A stretch of DNA of 64,000 bases from Candidatus Kaiserbacteria bacterium (GCA_031430855.1 JANPCG010000015.1:68522-132521), one strand, 5' to 3'; shown: positions 18,910-27,755, counted from the first letter of the stretch. Notes: generated by a model from the letters alone, not told the origin. Numbers and translations: made by a program.

Positions 18910-18948
18910 AGAAGCCGGCAAGTTGTCCTTGCCGGCTTTGTGTTTGTA
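18910..18948. terminator. Bidirectional terminator between the convergent META lipoprotein gene and nadV
   Basis: AAGCCGGCAAG-ttgtc-CTTGCCGGCTT flanked by A-rich and T-rich runs. Confidence 0.55.
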
Positions 18949-18957
18949 TTGGCTCTG

Positions 18958-20352
18958 TCACAACTGAGCACGCTCTCTGATGGTCGCAAACGAGTCGTCG
19001 ACCAGCAGTTCGCCGTTCTGGTAGATCGGCCGCATCACCACATCGTCTTGGTTGAGGGTGGATGCGTAGTCCTCGGATACCGTACGGTATCCGCATGAGC
19101 CGATTCCACACTGGTAGACGAGGGCGAGACGGCCGCGCTTGCTGGCTTTGCGGTGGTCGGAAATTGGGTCTTTGTAGACTTCCCTCCAAACCCCGTTCTG
19201 CTTTACGGCGCTCGCCTTCATTGCGAATTGCATGGTGTCCCGGTCAACTTTCTGCAGCAGACCAGCACCCATACCAAACGCAATGTTGTCAGTCGAGATC
19301 ATTTCTGCCTCGAGGTTCGCGAGGATGGTCTCGAGAGATGCCAGGTTGATTCCGTCACCCTGAATCACTCGTACACACGAGGGAAGTACATGATACCCCT
19401 TCGAGTTCGTGGTGGAGCCAAAGGTTTTCATGAGGCGTTTGATCACCTCAATCGGCATCGTTGTGGGATCGCCCGAGTCTGGACGAATCACCAACGTACC
19501 CCCCATCGACATCACTTCCGACCGTAGTTCGCCGCCCCATAGCACGTCGACGGCATGGTAAATGTCGTAGCTGTCAGAGACGACGGCAACGAGTTTTCCT
19601 GCTCCCCCAAACTGGGAGAGCATGTTGCGGTAGGCATCGACCTCACTCTCCTTTCCCCAGGCGGTGATAGTAGAGTGTTCGGCTGCCGGGATTGAGAATC
19701 CCGGCATGTCTGCCTGGTAGTACCGGCGCGCTGTCATGAGACCCGAAATCGTATCGGTCCCCATGAAGTTCACCAGGTGTGCCATGCCGCCTAGGCCTGC
19801 CGCTTCTTCGCTCGTTGCACCACGCGCGCCAAAGTCGTGGAGCTTGAACGCAATCTGTCCATCTGGATCGTCCGAAGAGCGAACCAGGGAGGCGTAGATC
19901 AGTTCCTTCGCTTTCCGCGAGAGGCTGGCCACCGTGGTCGGGTACCAGATCGCCCGCAGGTAGCTCGTTTCAAGGTACGAGGTGAGCCAGGGGAGTTCCG
20001 GGTCGGTGTTCACTACTTGTGAGAGAACGTTCCGAGTCGGAATGACCGCCCCTTCCGGCGCCGCTTCGATGGTGACCGGAAGAAAGCCGCCGTACTTCTT
20101 GATGATGCGGTCGACGCCGGCCACGTTTGGTTCGAAGCCGTGAGCGCGCGCAATCATTTCCCACTCATCCCGGTCACCATTGGTGATAGGGGTGAGTAAG
20201 TTTTTCTTGATCCACGCTTGTGGTCCGAGAAAGACCGCGTTGTCGAAGGGTCCACCACGGGCTTCGATGTACGAAGACACGTGGGTGGTTCCGGGCGGGT
20301 ACTGACGAAAGTGCGACAGTTTGTAGCTGTCGACATCAAGTAAGATAGACAT
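18958..20352 (-). CDS. nadV: Nicotinamide phosphoribosyltransferase (NAMPT/NadV)
   Basis: N-terminal MSILLDVDSYKLSH (NAMPT DSYK motif). Size and the rest of the sequence fit NAPRTase-family type II PRTases. The start is taken at ATG 20352, 2 nt after the nadM stop; the ORF extends to 20451. Confidence 0.8.
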   Translation of the reverse strand: MSILLDVDSYKLSHFRQYPPGTTHVSSYIEARGGPFDNAVFLGPQAWIKKNLLTPITNGDRDEWEMIARAHGFEPNVAGVDRIIKKYGGFLPVTIEAAPEGAVIPTRNVLSQVVNTDPELPWLTSYLETSYLRAIWYPTTVASLSRKAKELIYASLVRSSDDPDGQIAFKLHDFGARGATSEEAAGLGGMAHLVNFMGTDTISGLMTARRYYQADMPGFSIPAAEHSTITAWGKESEVDAYRNMLSQFGGAGKLVAVVSDSYDIYHAVDVLWGGELRSEVMSMGGTLVIRPDSGDPTTMPIEVIKRLMKTFGSTTNSKGYHVLPSCVRVIQGDGINLASLETILANLEAEMISTDNIAFGMGAGLLQKVDRDTMQFAMKASAVKQNGVWREVYKDPISDHRKASKRGRLALVYQCGIGSCGYRTVSEDYASTLNQDDVVMRPIYQNGELLVDDSFATIRERAQL

Positions 20353-20354
20353 GA

Positions 20355-21275
20355 TCAGGTTCCTTTCATTGTCCTGAGATACATGAGTAACATTTCGCCG
20401 AGCGGTTGATGCGATGTTATCAAGCGCTCGGAGAGTTCGTTTACGGGACACCAGTAGATGGCGTCAATGTCATCACTTGCCGACGCTTGGCCCCAGGTGT
20501 GCGTGAGCACAAAGAGGTCAGTCATCACTTCATCTGGTTCGTCGCGGTATCTGAAGTCACGGATGCGCCGTGATCCCACGAGAATCGGATTGTCGACCTT
20601 GATGGCGCCCAGTTCCTCGGTCGCTTCACGGATTGCTGCCGCCCCCCGAGATTCGTCTGTCGGATCAACGAAGCCACCAATGAAACGCCATCGGCCGCCA
20701 TCTTCACGTTTCTGTCCGAGCCAGACATGTGTTCGTCCACCGTCCATCACCGCCATATCGACGGTTGAGAAGACGATGGGAAAACGAGTCATCGACGCCG
20801 CAATAAAGCCACGTCTGTAGTCACGACCAGGTGGGTAGTGTCCCGCCAGGTGTTCAGCCTTGATCTGGTTTCGGATTGTCGTTCCCGATGGAGCATCGAC
20901 CGGATCGATAACGCGAACGGGAAAGATGCCAGAATAGTAACCAGCAAAACCATCCCGCGATGCGTAGAGGGTAACCGACTCATTCGGGAAATAGGTCCGA
21001 ATGAGTTGGTCGAGACTTTTGCTCCATTTCGCGTCAGACGGTTGGTCGTGCAAAGTAACGACTCGCGTGACGGTAGGAATTTCTTCCTGGACCATCGCTA
21101 CCCGGATATCTCCGGGCAAGGGGTGAACCGGTCCGGGGATTTTCACCCGATCGCCGATTACGACCAAACTGTGATCATTTTCTGATTGCATGGTAGCAAT
21201 CAAGTGACGGTGTCCGGCATGTAGGGTGTCAACCTGCAGCCGGGCAACGACAACGCCAACGGTAGAAGTTTTCAT
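20355..21275 (-). CDS. nadM: Bifunctional NMN adenylyltransferase / Nudix hydrolase (NadM-Nudix)
   Basis: N-terminal GVVVARLQVDTLHAGHRHLI carries the nucleotidyltransferase (H/T)xGH motif. C-terminal REATEELG is the Nudix box. AGGAG SD upstream. Confidence 0.75.
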   Translation of the reverse strand: MKTSTVGVVVARLQVDTLHAGHRHLIATMQSENDHSLVVIGDRVKIPGPVHPLPGDIRVAMVQEEIPTVTRVVTLHDQPSDAKWSKSLDQLIRTYFPNESVTLYASRDGFAGYYSGIFPVRVIDPVDAPSGTTIRNQIKAEHLAGHYPPGRDYRRGFIAASMTRFPIVFSTVDMAVMDGGRTHVWLGQKREDGGRWRFIGGFVDPTDESRGAAAIREATEELGAIKVDNPILVGSRRIRDFRYRDEPDEVMTDLFVLTHTWGQASASDDIDAIYWCPVNELSERLITSHQPLGEMLLMYLRTMKGT

Positions 21276-21318
21276 AGAGGTTTCTCCTAATTGTGAGTGT
21301 CAAAGAACCGAAAGATGC

Positions 21319-21343
21319 AGTTAGTGTTAATATAACACTAACT
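21319..21343. promoter_or_regulatory. Perfect 11-bp-arm palindrome AGTTAGTGTTA-ata-TAACACTAACT in the nadM-nadV promoter region
   Basis: Visible directly in the sequence. A second related palindrome lies 76 nt downstream (21419-21450). Candidate NrtR-type operator. Confidence 0.3.
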
Positions 21344-21418
21344 AAAGACAGAACGTATGGCGCACACGGTGTGCACCAGCCCCTGTCCGTATCTATCTAT
21401 GAACAAGGATAGCAAATC

Positions 21419-21450
21419 AGTTAGTTATTGTCAAATATACAATAACTAAG
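21419..21450. promoter_or_regulatory. Second palindrome AGTTAGTTATTGT-caaatat-ACAATAACTAA upstream of nadM
   Basis: Its arms share AGTTAGT with the first palindrome. Confidence 0.3.
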
Positions 21451-21511
21451 CTGTGGATACTTATTTTTGGTTTCCGTATGTCCGAAGTTTCAAGCGGAGT
21501 TCTTGCGAGAC

Positions 21512-23569
21512 TCACTTTTTTCGTTGTAAGATTCGAGCGATTATGAGAGACGCTACAAAGATACCGAAGGAGAGCAAAAGAAAAGTAGTATTGACGGCCT
21601 CTGTACTAAAACCATGTTCAGAAATCTCAGTCACACTCAAAGAGGCTCCGACCGCAACAAAGGTCGTAATCCCCAGGATTGAACCTACAATGGTGGCAAT
21701 TATGTACGGCATAAATGGGATACGCAAAAACCCCGCTCCGTAATTAACTCCGTCGTACGGCAGGAAGAGAAGCCTCATGGTAAGAATGGTCATAAATGGT
21801 TTCGTGCGACAGGCACTACTAAATCGGCCAAAGAGTGATGAAGATGATTGGGGTGAAGGGTTACTAAAATATCGACCAATGGCGTACGCGAGTGTAGCCG
21901 AGAGATTCGCTCCGATGAGGGTGTAGAAGACACCTCCCCATAAGCCAAAAAATACACCGGAAAGGACAGTGAGAATGGTTCCTGGAATAAATGTTATTGG
22001 ACGAAGGGTATAGGCGATAATATATAGTACGGGTCCCCAAGCAGTTTTAGTAATGAGGTCAAAAAGCTTGATTGCGAGTTCGGTTACCGTGAGTCCTGTC
22101 CGCGCTTGATACGAAAATACCGCAATAATAAGCCCGACCCAGACACTTAATACGATGAGTTTCGGTAAAAATCGTTTCAGTATATTGCGACAATCGGTAC
22201 GGAGACTTTTAACTTGGGCAGCAAAGAAATAATCACCAGCTTTTTTTATAAGCAGACTATAGGTAGGGTACGCAAACATCGTTCGACGGAGTTTCCATAA
22301 TGAAAGGTTATGTTCCATCGCGACGGTAAAAACGGCGAGGAGTTCACCCGCCTGTGGGCCAGCCGTATGGACACCCAAAATTTTTCCTGAGAAACGCCGT
22401 GCAATTACGACTACTATTCCTTTGGTGGCACTGTCGGTTCGAGCACGGTCATTTACACTCAAGGGTACTTCAATTCGGTGGATGCGCTCACTGCCGTAGA
22501 GAGTAATTGCTTCAGTTTCCGATAGTCCAATCTGCGCGAGTTCAGGGTCGGTGTAGGTTACTTTGGGTACGTGTTTAGTTTTAATGCGAGTTAGTCCCTT
22601 GGTTGCGATCCGAGCAACAACTTGTCGTGCGATATCATCGGCTTGATGGGTAAATTTAAATCTATCCGCACAATCACCAAGTGCATATATATGATGGTTA
22701 CGAGTTTGGTAATTATGATTAACCGAAATTCCAAATTCAGTCGAAGTAACGTTAGCTACTTCAAGTCCCGTCGGAAGATTAGGAATTCTACCAATCGCAA
22801 CGAGAACTTTATCAAAGGGGACGCCTATAACTTCTCCCCCGGACCCTGTTTCAATAGTGGCAGTTTTAGACCCAACTGAGGCGAGGTGAGCTTCTCCAAT
22901 AAAAGTAATTCCGAGTGTATCAAAATGATGTTGAATGACTGAGGCAACACTCAAGTCCTCTAATTTTCCGAGTGTGAGTCCGCTATCGACAATCGTTACC
23001 TGACTTCCTAAGAGGGCTAACGCTTGCCCCATTTCGAGACCAATTGGTCCAGCTCCAATGATGAGTGTTCGCTTCGGTATATCTTCGAGTGTAAAAAGAT
23101 TTTGGTTAGTAAGGATGTCTGAGTCGTTAAGTCCGGGCACCTCAATTTGTCGAGGTCGTGAACCGGTTGCAATTATGGCGGTATTAAATCGATATGATGT
23201 TCCATTAACCGAAAGAGTTTGTTTACCGGTAAAGATAGCCTCTCCCATAATGACGGTAATACCCTTAGCCAAAAAGGCAGCGGGATTTTCTTCTTGTGAA
23301 AATTCATTAACGACGTTGCGAACGTATGAAAACGCCCCCCGTCTGAAATCTTCTGTGTGGCCATTTATACCGGAGATTGAGATGGCGGTTGCGTAGGTTT
23401 TGGCGTGGTGGAGGAGCGCCTTGCTTGGAATACAGCCCGAATGTGTACATTCACCTCCGATGTGTTCACGTTCAATTAACAGAACAGATTTACCGATGTT
23501 TCGCAGTCCAACTGCGGCGGTGAGTCCACCTGATCCCGCTCCAACTACGATGACGTCAAAATGTTGCAT
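21512..23569 (-). CDS. Fusion protein: class I FAD-dependent pyridine nucleotide-disulfide oxidoreductase (N-terminal) + DedA/TVP38 membrane domain (C-terminal)
   Basis: N-terminus MQHFDVIVVGAGSGG...GGECTHSGCIPSK has a FAD Rossmann fold and a CxxxxC redox disulfide. The C-terminal ~230 aa is multi-TM with ...RPITFIPGTILTVLSGVFFG..., typical of DedA/SNARE-associated proteins. Confidence 0.75.
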   Translation of the reverse strand: MQHFDVIVVGAGSGGLTAAVGLRNIGKSVLLIEREHIGGECTHSGCIPSKALLHHAKTYATAISISGINGHTEDFRRGAFSYVRNVVNEFSQEENPAAFLAKGITVIMGEAIFTGKQTLSVNGTSYRFNTAIIATGSRPRQIEVPGLNDSDILTNQNLFTLEDIPKRTLIIGAGPIGLEMGQALALLGSQVTIVDSGLTLGKLEDLSVASVIQHHFDTLGITFIGEAHLASVGSKTATIETGSGGEVIGVPFDKVLVAIGRIPNLPTGLEVANVTSTEFGISVNHNYQTRNHHIYALGDCADRFKFTHQADDIARQVVARIATKGLTRIKTKHVPKVTYTDPELAQIGLSETEAITLYGSERIHRIEVPLSVNDRARTDSATKGIVVVIARRFSGKILGVHTAGPQAGELLAVFTVAMEHNLSLWKLRRTMFAYPTYSLLIKKAGDYFFAAQVKSLRTDCRNILKRFLPKLIVLSVWVGLIIAVFSYQARTGLTVTELAIKLFDLITKTAWGPVLYIIAYTLRPITFIPGTILTVLSGVFFGLWGGVFYTLIGANLSATLAYAIGRYFSNPSPQSSSSLFGRFSSACRTKPFMTILTMRLLFLPYDGVNYGAGFLRIPFMPYIIATIVGSILGITTFVAVGASLSVTEISEHGFSTEAVNTTFLLLSFGIFVASLIIARILQRKK

Positions 23570-23905
23570 ATGCGGGCGATTTCAATTTATGGATAAGGTG
23601 TACATCCATAATACCCTATTCTTCCGATTCCTTATCCTCGCCATTATCCCTGGAGTAGCGTACGTGTCGAAGCGGAGCTGATAAATATAATGAATCAGAT
23701 CCATGGTACCTGGTGGAGCACATGGCGCCAAATCATGGGGGGATTTTGTTACGAGCGGTAATGTTGAAGACTAAAACGGTTTATGGTAACAACGAAAGAG
23801 CTTGCGGGTAAGCTGTGTCATTGACTGTGTCGGGGCATTTTTAGATAGGCAATCATTGAGTTAGAGTCTATTGCTGATTTAGAGGTTATACCGTATAGTA
23901 CTGGC

Positions 23906-23940
23906 ACCTTGCCAAACCTTGGCAATTTTCTTTTCTCATT
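23906..23940 (+). terminator. Orphan terminator-like hairpin upstream of fusA (CCTTGCCAA-acc-TTGGCAA, then TTTTCTTTTCTC)
   Basis: Stem plus T-run with no upstream protein-coding gene on this strand. It may end a small RNA or act as an attenuator in the fusA leader. Confidence 0.3.
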
Positions 23941-24000
23941 CGCACCCCAAACCGCGTACTTTGAAAGGATAAACATTAATTAATAACGTATTTATAGTAT

Positions 24001-26172
24001 ATGGCTCGAGAATTTCCGATTAATCGCATGCGTAATTTCGGTATTGTGGCGCACGTTGACGCTGGTAAAACCACGACGTCTGAACGAGTTCTTTTTTATA
24101 CCGGAATGTCCCACAAAATTGGTGAAGTACACGATGGTGCTACGGTAACTGACTGGATGGAACAAGAGCGAGAACGTGGTATTACGATTACCGCGGCGGC
24201 GATTTCCTGTAACTGGTCTAAATCTGAAGTGGTGGACCGTAAAGATCGGTCGCAGATGTACAACTTTAACATCATTGACACTCCCGGCCACATTGACTTT
24301 ACGGCTGAAGTAAAGCGTTCAATGCGTGTACTTGATGGAGCGGTCGTCGTGTTTGACTCAGTAGCTGGGGTAGAGCCACAATCTGAAACGAACTGGGGTT
24401 ATGCTGACGAGGCTGGGGTGCCACGTATTTGTTTTGTAAATAAAATGGACCGCCTGGGAGCCGACTTTGAAAAGTCGTATGCCAGTATCCTTGACCGACT
24501 CTCAAAGAAAGCGGTTCGAATCCAACTACCGTGGGGTGCTGAGGATCAGCTCAAAGGAGTCATTGATTTGATTAAGATGAAGGCCTTTGTGTTTGAAGGT
24601 GAAATGGGGATGACTGTTCGAGAAGTAGAGATCCCTGCCGAACTACAAGCTGATGCCGAAAAATACCGCGCAGAGCTTATTGAGCGTGTAGTAGAGCATG
24701 ACGACGCGATGATGGAGGCCTTCCTCGAAGGTAATTTGCCAACCGATGCTGACCTCAAAGCAACGTTGCGTAAGGCGGTCTTGGGTAACCAGCTCTTCCC
24801 GGTGATGACGGGTTCAGCCCTCAAAAATATTGGGGTACAGCTCGTGCTCGATGCGGTGGTTGATTACCTACCAGCTCCGACTGATTTGCCACCAGTTCGT
24901 GGAATTAATCCAAAAGATGATTCAGAAGTCACCCGTACGGCGAGCGATGAAGAACCGTTCTGTTCACTCGCGTTTAAGTTGCAGACTGACCCATTTGTTG
25001 GACAGCTGACCTTCTTCCGGGTTTACTCAGGTGTGGTAAAAGCCGGAAGTTATATTTATAACTCAACCACAGGTGAACGTGAACGACTCGGGCGAATTGT
25101 ACGACTCCAAGCTGACAAGCGAACTGAAATCGAAGAGGTATACGCGGGAGAAATTGCTGCCGGAGTAGGACTCAAAGACGTGAAGACATCGCATACACTC
25201 TGTGATGAAGCAAAGCCAATCATTCTCGAACAAATTGTCTTCCCAATGCCCGTGGTAGCAATGCGCGTTGAACCTAAAACTAAAAACGACCAAGAAAAGA
25301 TGGGGACTGCACTCCGTAAACTGGCAGATGAAGATCCAACCTTTATCGTATCGTCAGATGCTGAAACAATGGAAACAATTATCGCGGGTATGGGAGAACT
25401 CCACTTGGAAATTCTTGTTGACCGTATGAAGCGTGAGTTTGGAGTTGAGGCAAACGTGGGTGCTCCTCAGGTAGCCTACCGCGAGACGATTCAGCGCGCA
25501 GCCGAAGCCGAATACAAGTACGTCAAACAATCAGGAGGTAAGGGTCAGTACGGTCACGTTAAGATCCGCATCAAGCCACTTGAAGCGCTTGATCCAGAAG
25601 CGAAGGTTGCAAAAAATGTCACTCGTGAAGATCATTTTGAGTTCGTCAACAGTATTAAGGGAGGGGTAATTCCACAGGAATTCATCCCAGCCGTTATGAA
25701 GGGTGCCAAAGAAGCAATGGCCCGCGGTCAAGTTGCTGGCTACAAAATGGAAGATGTTTCTGTCGAGTTGTACGATGGTAGTTACCATGATGTTGACTCT
25801 TCGGAAATTGCCTTTAAACTAGCCTCTATTTATGCCTTCCGTGAAGCAGCGAAGAAGGCGAGTGCCGTGCTCTTGGAGCCAGTCATGAAGATTGAAATTC
25901 GTACCCCTGAGCAGTTCATGGGCGATGTCAACGGAAATATTTCAAGTAAGCGTGGACAGGTAGAAAGTATGGGTGAATTAGGTGACAAAAAAGTGGTTAC
26001 AGCATCGGTACCGCTTTCAGAGATGTTCGGGTACACGAATACCCTGCGCTCAATGACCCAAGGTCGGGCGAGTATGACGATGACCTTTGACCACTACGAT
26101 GTTGTACCGCCAAACGTATCATTGGAGATTCGTAAGGCAAGAGGCGTCAAAGACATAGAAACCGAAGAATAA
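24001..26172 (+). CDS. fusA: Elongation factor G
   Basis: NFGIVAHVDAGKTTTSERVL...DWMEQERERGITI...DTPGHIDFT and full-length EF-G domains (723 aa). Confidence 0.95.
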   Translation: MAREFPINRMRNFGIVAHVDAGKTTTSERVLFYTGMSHKIGEVHDGATVTDWMEQERERGITITAAAISCNWSKSEVVDRKDRSQMYNFNIIDTPGHIDFTAEVKRSMRVLDGAVVVFDSVAGVEPQSETNWGYADEAGVPRICFVNKMDRLGADFEKSYASILDRLSKKAVRIQLPWGAEDQLKGVIDLIKMKAFVFEGEMGMTVREVEIPAELQADAEKYRAELIERVVEHDDAMMEAFLEGNLPTDADLKATLRKAVLGNQLFPVMTGSALKNIGVQLVLDAVVDYLPAPTDLPPVRGINPKDDSEVTRTASDEEPFCSLAFKLQTDPFVGQLTFFRVYSGVVKAGSYIYNSTTGERERLGRIVRLQADKRTEIEEVYAGEIAAGVGLKDVKTSHTLCDEAKPIILEQIVFPMPVVAMRVEPKTKNDQEKMGTALRKLADEDPTFIVSSDAETMETIIAGMGELHLEILVDRMKREFGVEANVGAPQVAYRETIQRAAEAEYKYVKQSGGKGQYGHVKIRIKPLEALDPEAKVAKNVTREDHFEFVNSIKGGVIPQEFIPAVMKGAKEAMARGQVAGYKMEDVSVELYDGSYHDVDSSEIAFKLASIYAFREAAKKASAVLLEPVMKIEIRTPEQFMGDVNGNISSKRGQVESMGELGDKKVVTASVPLSEMFGYTNTLRSMTQGRASMTMTFDHYDVVPPNVSLEIRKARGVKDIETEE

Positions 26173-26234
26173 TTAATAAAAAAGCACCCCTTCGGGGGTG
26201 CTTTTTTATTAATTATTCTTCGTATGTCTTTGAC
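26146..26234. repeat. Long (~40 bp arm) inverted repeat spanning the fusA stop codon and centred on the terminator hairpin
   Basis: GTCAAAGACATA(gaaac)CGAAGAATAATTAATAAAAAAGCACCCC-ttcg-GGGGTGCTTTTTTATTAATTATTCTTCGTATGTCTTTGAC. Confidence 0.6.
26178..26208 (+). terminator. Rho-independent terminator after fusA
   Basis: AAAAAAGCACCCC-ttcg-GGGGTGCTTTTTT. Confidence 0.85.
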
Positions 26235-26235
26235 G

Positions 26236-26310
26236 GACCCTGCGAGCTACTTTGTAACCAAGAGGAAACAAAGTAGCCACAGGGTGTACAGTTCCTGTAA
26301 GGAATCAAAC
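26236..26310 (+). repeat. Diverged copy 5 of the structured repeat element (hairpin GCTACTTTGT..ACAAAGTAGC, then GGGTGTACAGTTCCTGTAAGGAA)
   Basis: Aligns with the core of copies 1-4, GCAAGA..hairpin..GGTGTACCGCTTCTGTAAGAAG. The hairpin3 arms are compensatory (TTCC/GGAA versus CTTC/GAAG). Confidence 0.45.
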
Positions 26311-26446
26311 TGGGTTAAGTAATCAATATATTTTCTCTACGAACTTTTACAACAATGAGACCCCTTCAGGGCGCTTTTTGTTTGCCTGTAGTTTGTGCAT
26401 AACTTTTCTACATTAATTTTAGACGTCAACTATACTATATTTACGT

Positions 26447-27736
26447 ATGTTAAATATTTACAAGTGCAGTAATCGAGCAGTCGGTATTTTATTTCTAGGT
26501 TTTGTTGCTGCGGGATTTCTATTTTTTGTATCGCCAGCTTCAGCTCAGATACTCTCAGCCCAACCAGCGCCAGCTGGGTTGCCCGGTTCTTCATTTGATC
26601 TTGATGGCTACCTCTGGAGTAGTACGATTGGGTGGGTGTCACTCAATTGTCGGACAGGTAGCGCAACGGGAGCCAGTGTCTGTCCAGGCTCACCTGGCGG
26701 GGGTCCTAAATCTGATTATAAAGTTGAGGTTGATTCCTCCACGGGAGCAGTGTCTGGTTACGCCTGGAGCAGTAATATTGGGTGGATTCGTTTTGGTGGA
26801 TTAAGTAATTTCCCTTCTGAAGGAGGGAATACTCAACTTAATGCCATGATGTCGGGTAACTATAGTGCAATGACGTTATATGGCTGGGCCCGAGCCTGCG
26901 CGGGCACAAACTCTGCGGCCGGCACTTGTAGCTCAATGGGTAATAATCCAAATTCGGGCAGTTGGGATGGCTGGATTTCATTACGAGGTGCTGCGCCAGA
27001 TTATGGCATTAGTACCAATCGAACGAGGACTACTGGGGCAGGAATCGCCAGTACCTCATTTGCCTGGGGAAGTACTGTCGTGGGATGGATTGGGTTTGAT
27101 TTAATTAAATTATTACTCCCGACCGCTACCTTAACGGGTACCGGGTGTACCATTGCCGTTGGTGCGAGCACGTGTGTTGCCAGCCTTGATTGGGAATTCA
27201 GTACCGACCCTACCGTACCAAGTCGCTCCATTCGACAAACAAGCCCTGTAGTAGTAACTAATATTGGCGGCGTAATACCCCCAAATGTTGGTAGTGCAGC
27301 AATTGACTTAACTGACGGCGGAAATGTAATTAGGGCATATTCAGCTTCTACAGAACTTGCGGTGCTTACTCTTACAGGTAGTTGTAATGCGCCAAATGAT
27401 TTCTTTACTCCGCCGGGAATTTGTGACCAGTTACCACCAACCGTTACTATTTCAACTGATAAAGAAGTGATTCGGTCGGGTGAAACGGTAACGATTAGGT
27501 GGACTATCACCCCGCCTGCAGGAGCCGCTGCGCTTTCTCCGACTACCTCATGTCGAGTGTATGGCCCAGGTATGCCAACTGGCGCACAGGGTATTGGTGG
27601 AGGTAACTCTGTGTCCTTGCCGATAAATAACGCTACGGCTTTTTCAGTTATTTGTAACGGAACCTTCAGCGCTTCAATGGGGCCAGCAGATGCCCAGGTT
27701 TCGGTTGAGGTAGTACCAATAAACCAGGAGGTCTAA
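26447..27736 (+). CDS. Secreted protein (429 aa) with signal peptide and Trp-containing repeats (SxIGW[VI]xF)
   Basis: Signal peptide with ASA|QIL cleavage site. Repeats: GYLWSSTIGWVSLNC / GYAWSSNIGWIRFGG / WDGWISLRG / AWGSTVVGWIGFD. Gly/Ser/Thr-rich with several Cys. Confidence 0.6.
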   Translation: MLNIYKCSNRAVGILFLGFVAAGFLFFVSPASAQILSAQPAPAGLPGSSFDLDGYLWSSTIGWVSLNCRTGSATGASVCPGSPGGGPKSDYKVEVDSSTGAVSGYAWSSNIGWIRFGGLSNFPSEGGNTQLNAMMSGNYSAMTLYGWARACAGTNSAAGTCSSMGNNPNSGSWDGWISLRGAAPDYGISTNRTRTTGAGIASTSFAWGSTVVGWIGFDLIKLLLPTATLTGTGCTIAVGASTCVASLDWEFSTDPTVPSRSIRQTSPVVVTNIGGVIPPNVGSAAIDLTDGGNVIRAYSASTELAVLTLTGSCNAPNDFFTPPGICDQLPPTVTISTDKEVIRSGETVTIRWTITPPAGAAALSPTTSCRVYGPGMPTGAQGIGGGNSVSLPINNATAFSVICNGTFSASMGPADAQVSVEVVPINQEV

Positions 27737-27755
27737 TCTAGTAATCACCACTATC

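Noticed and set aside
19062-20339. Arg/Pro-rich ORFs antisense to nadV (19062..19349, 19153..19527, 19461..19667, 19970..20164, 20154..20339) and inside nadM (20458..20820, 20838..21185)
   Set aside because: GC-rich reverse-frame artefacts of the NAD salvage genes. They have biased R/P/G composition.
23400-23681. 93-aa ORF overlapping the 5' end of the oxidoreductase-DedA gene
   Set aside because: It overlaps the N-terminal FAD-binding region of a confidently called gene on the other strand.
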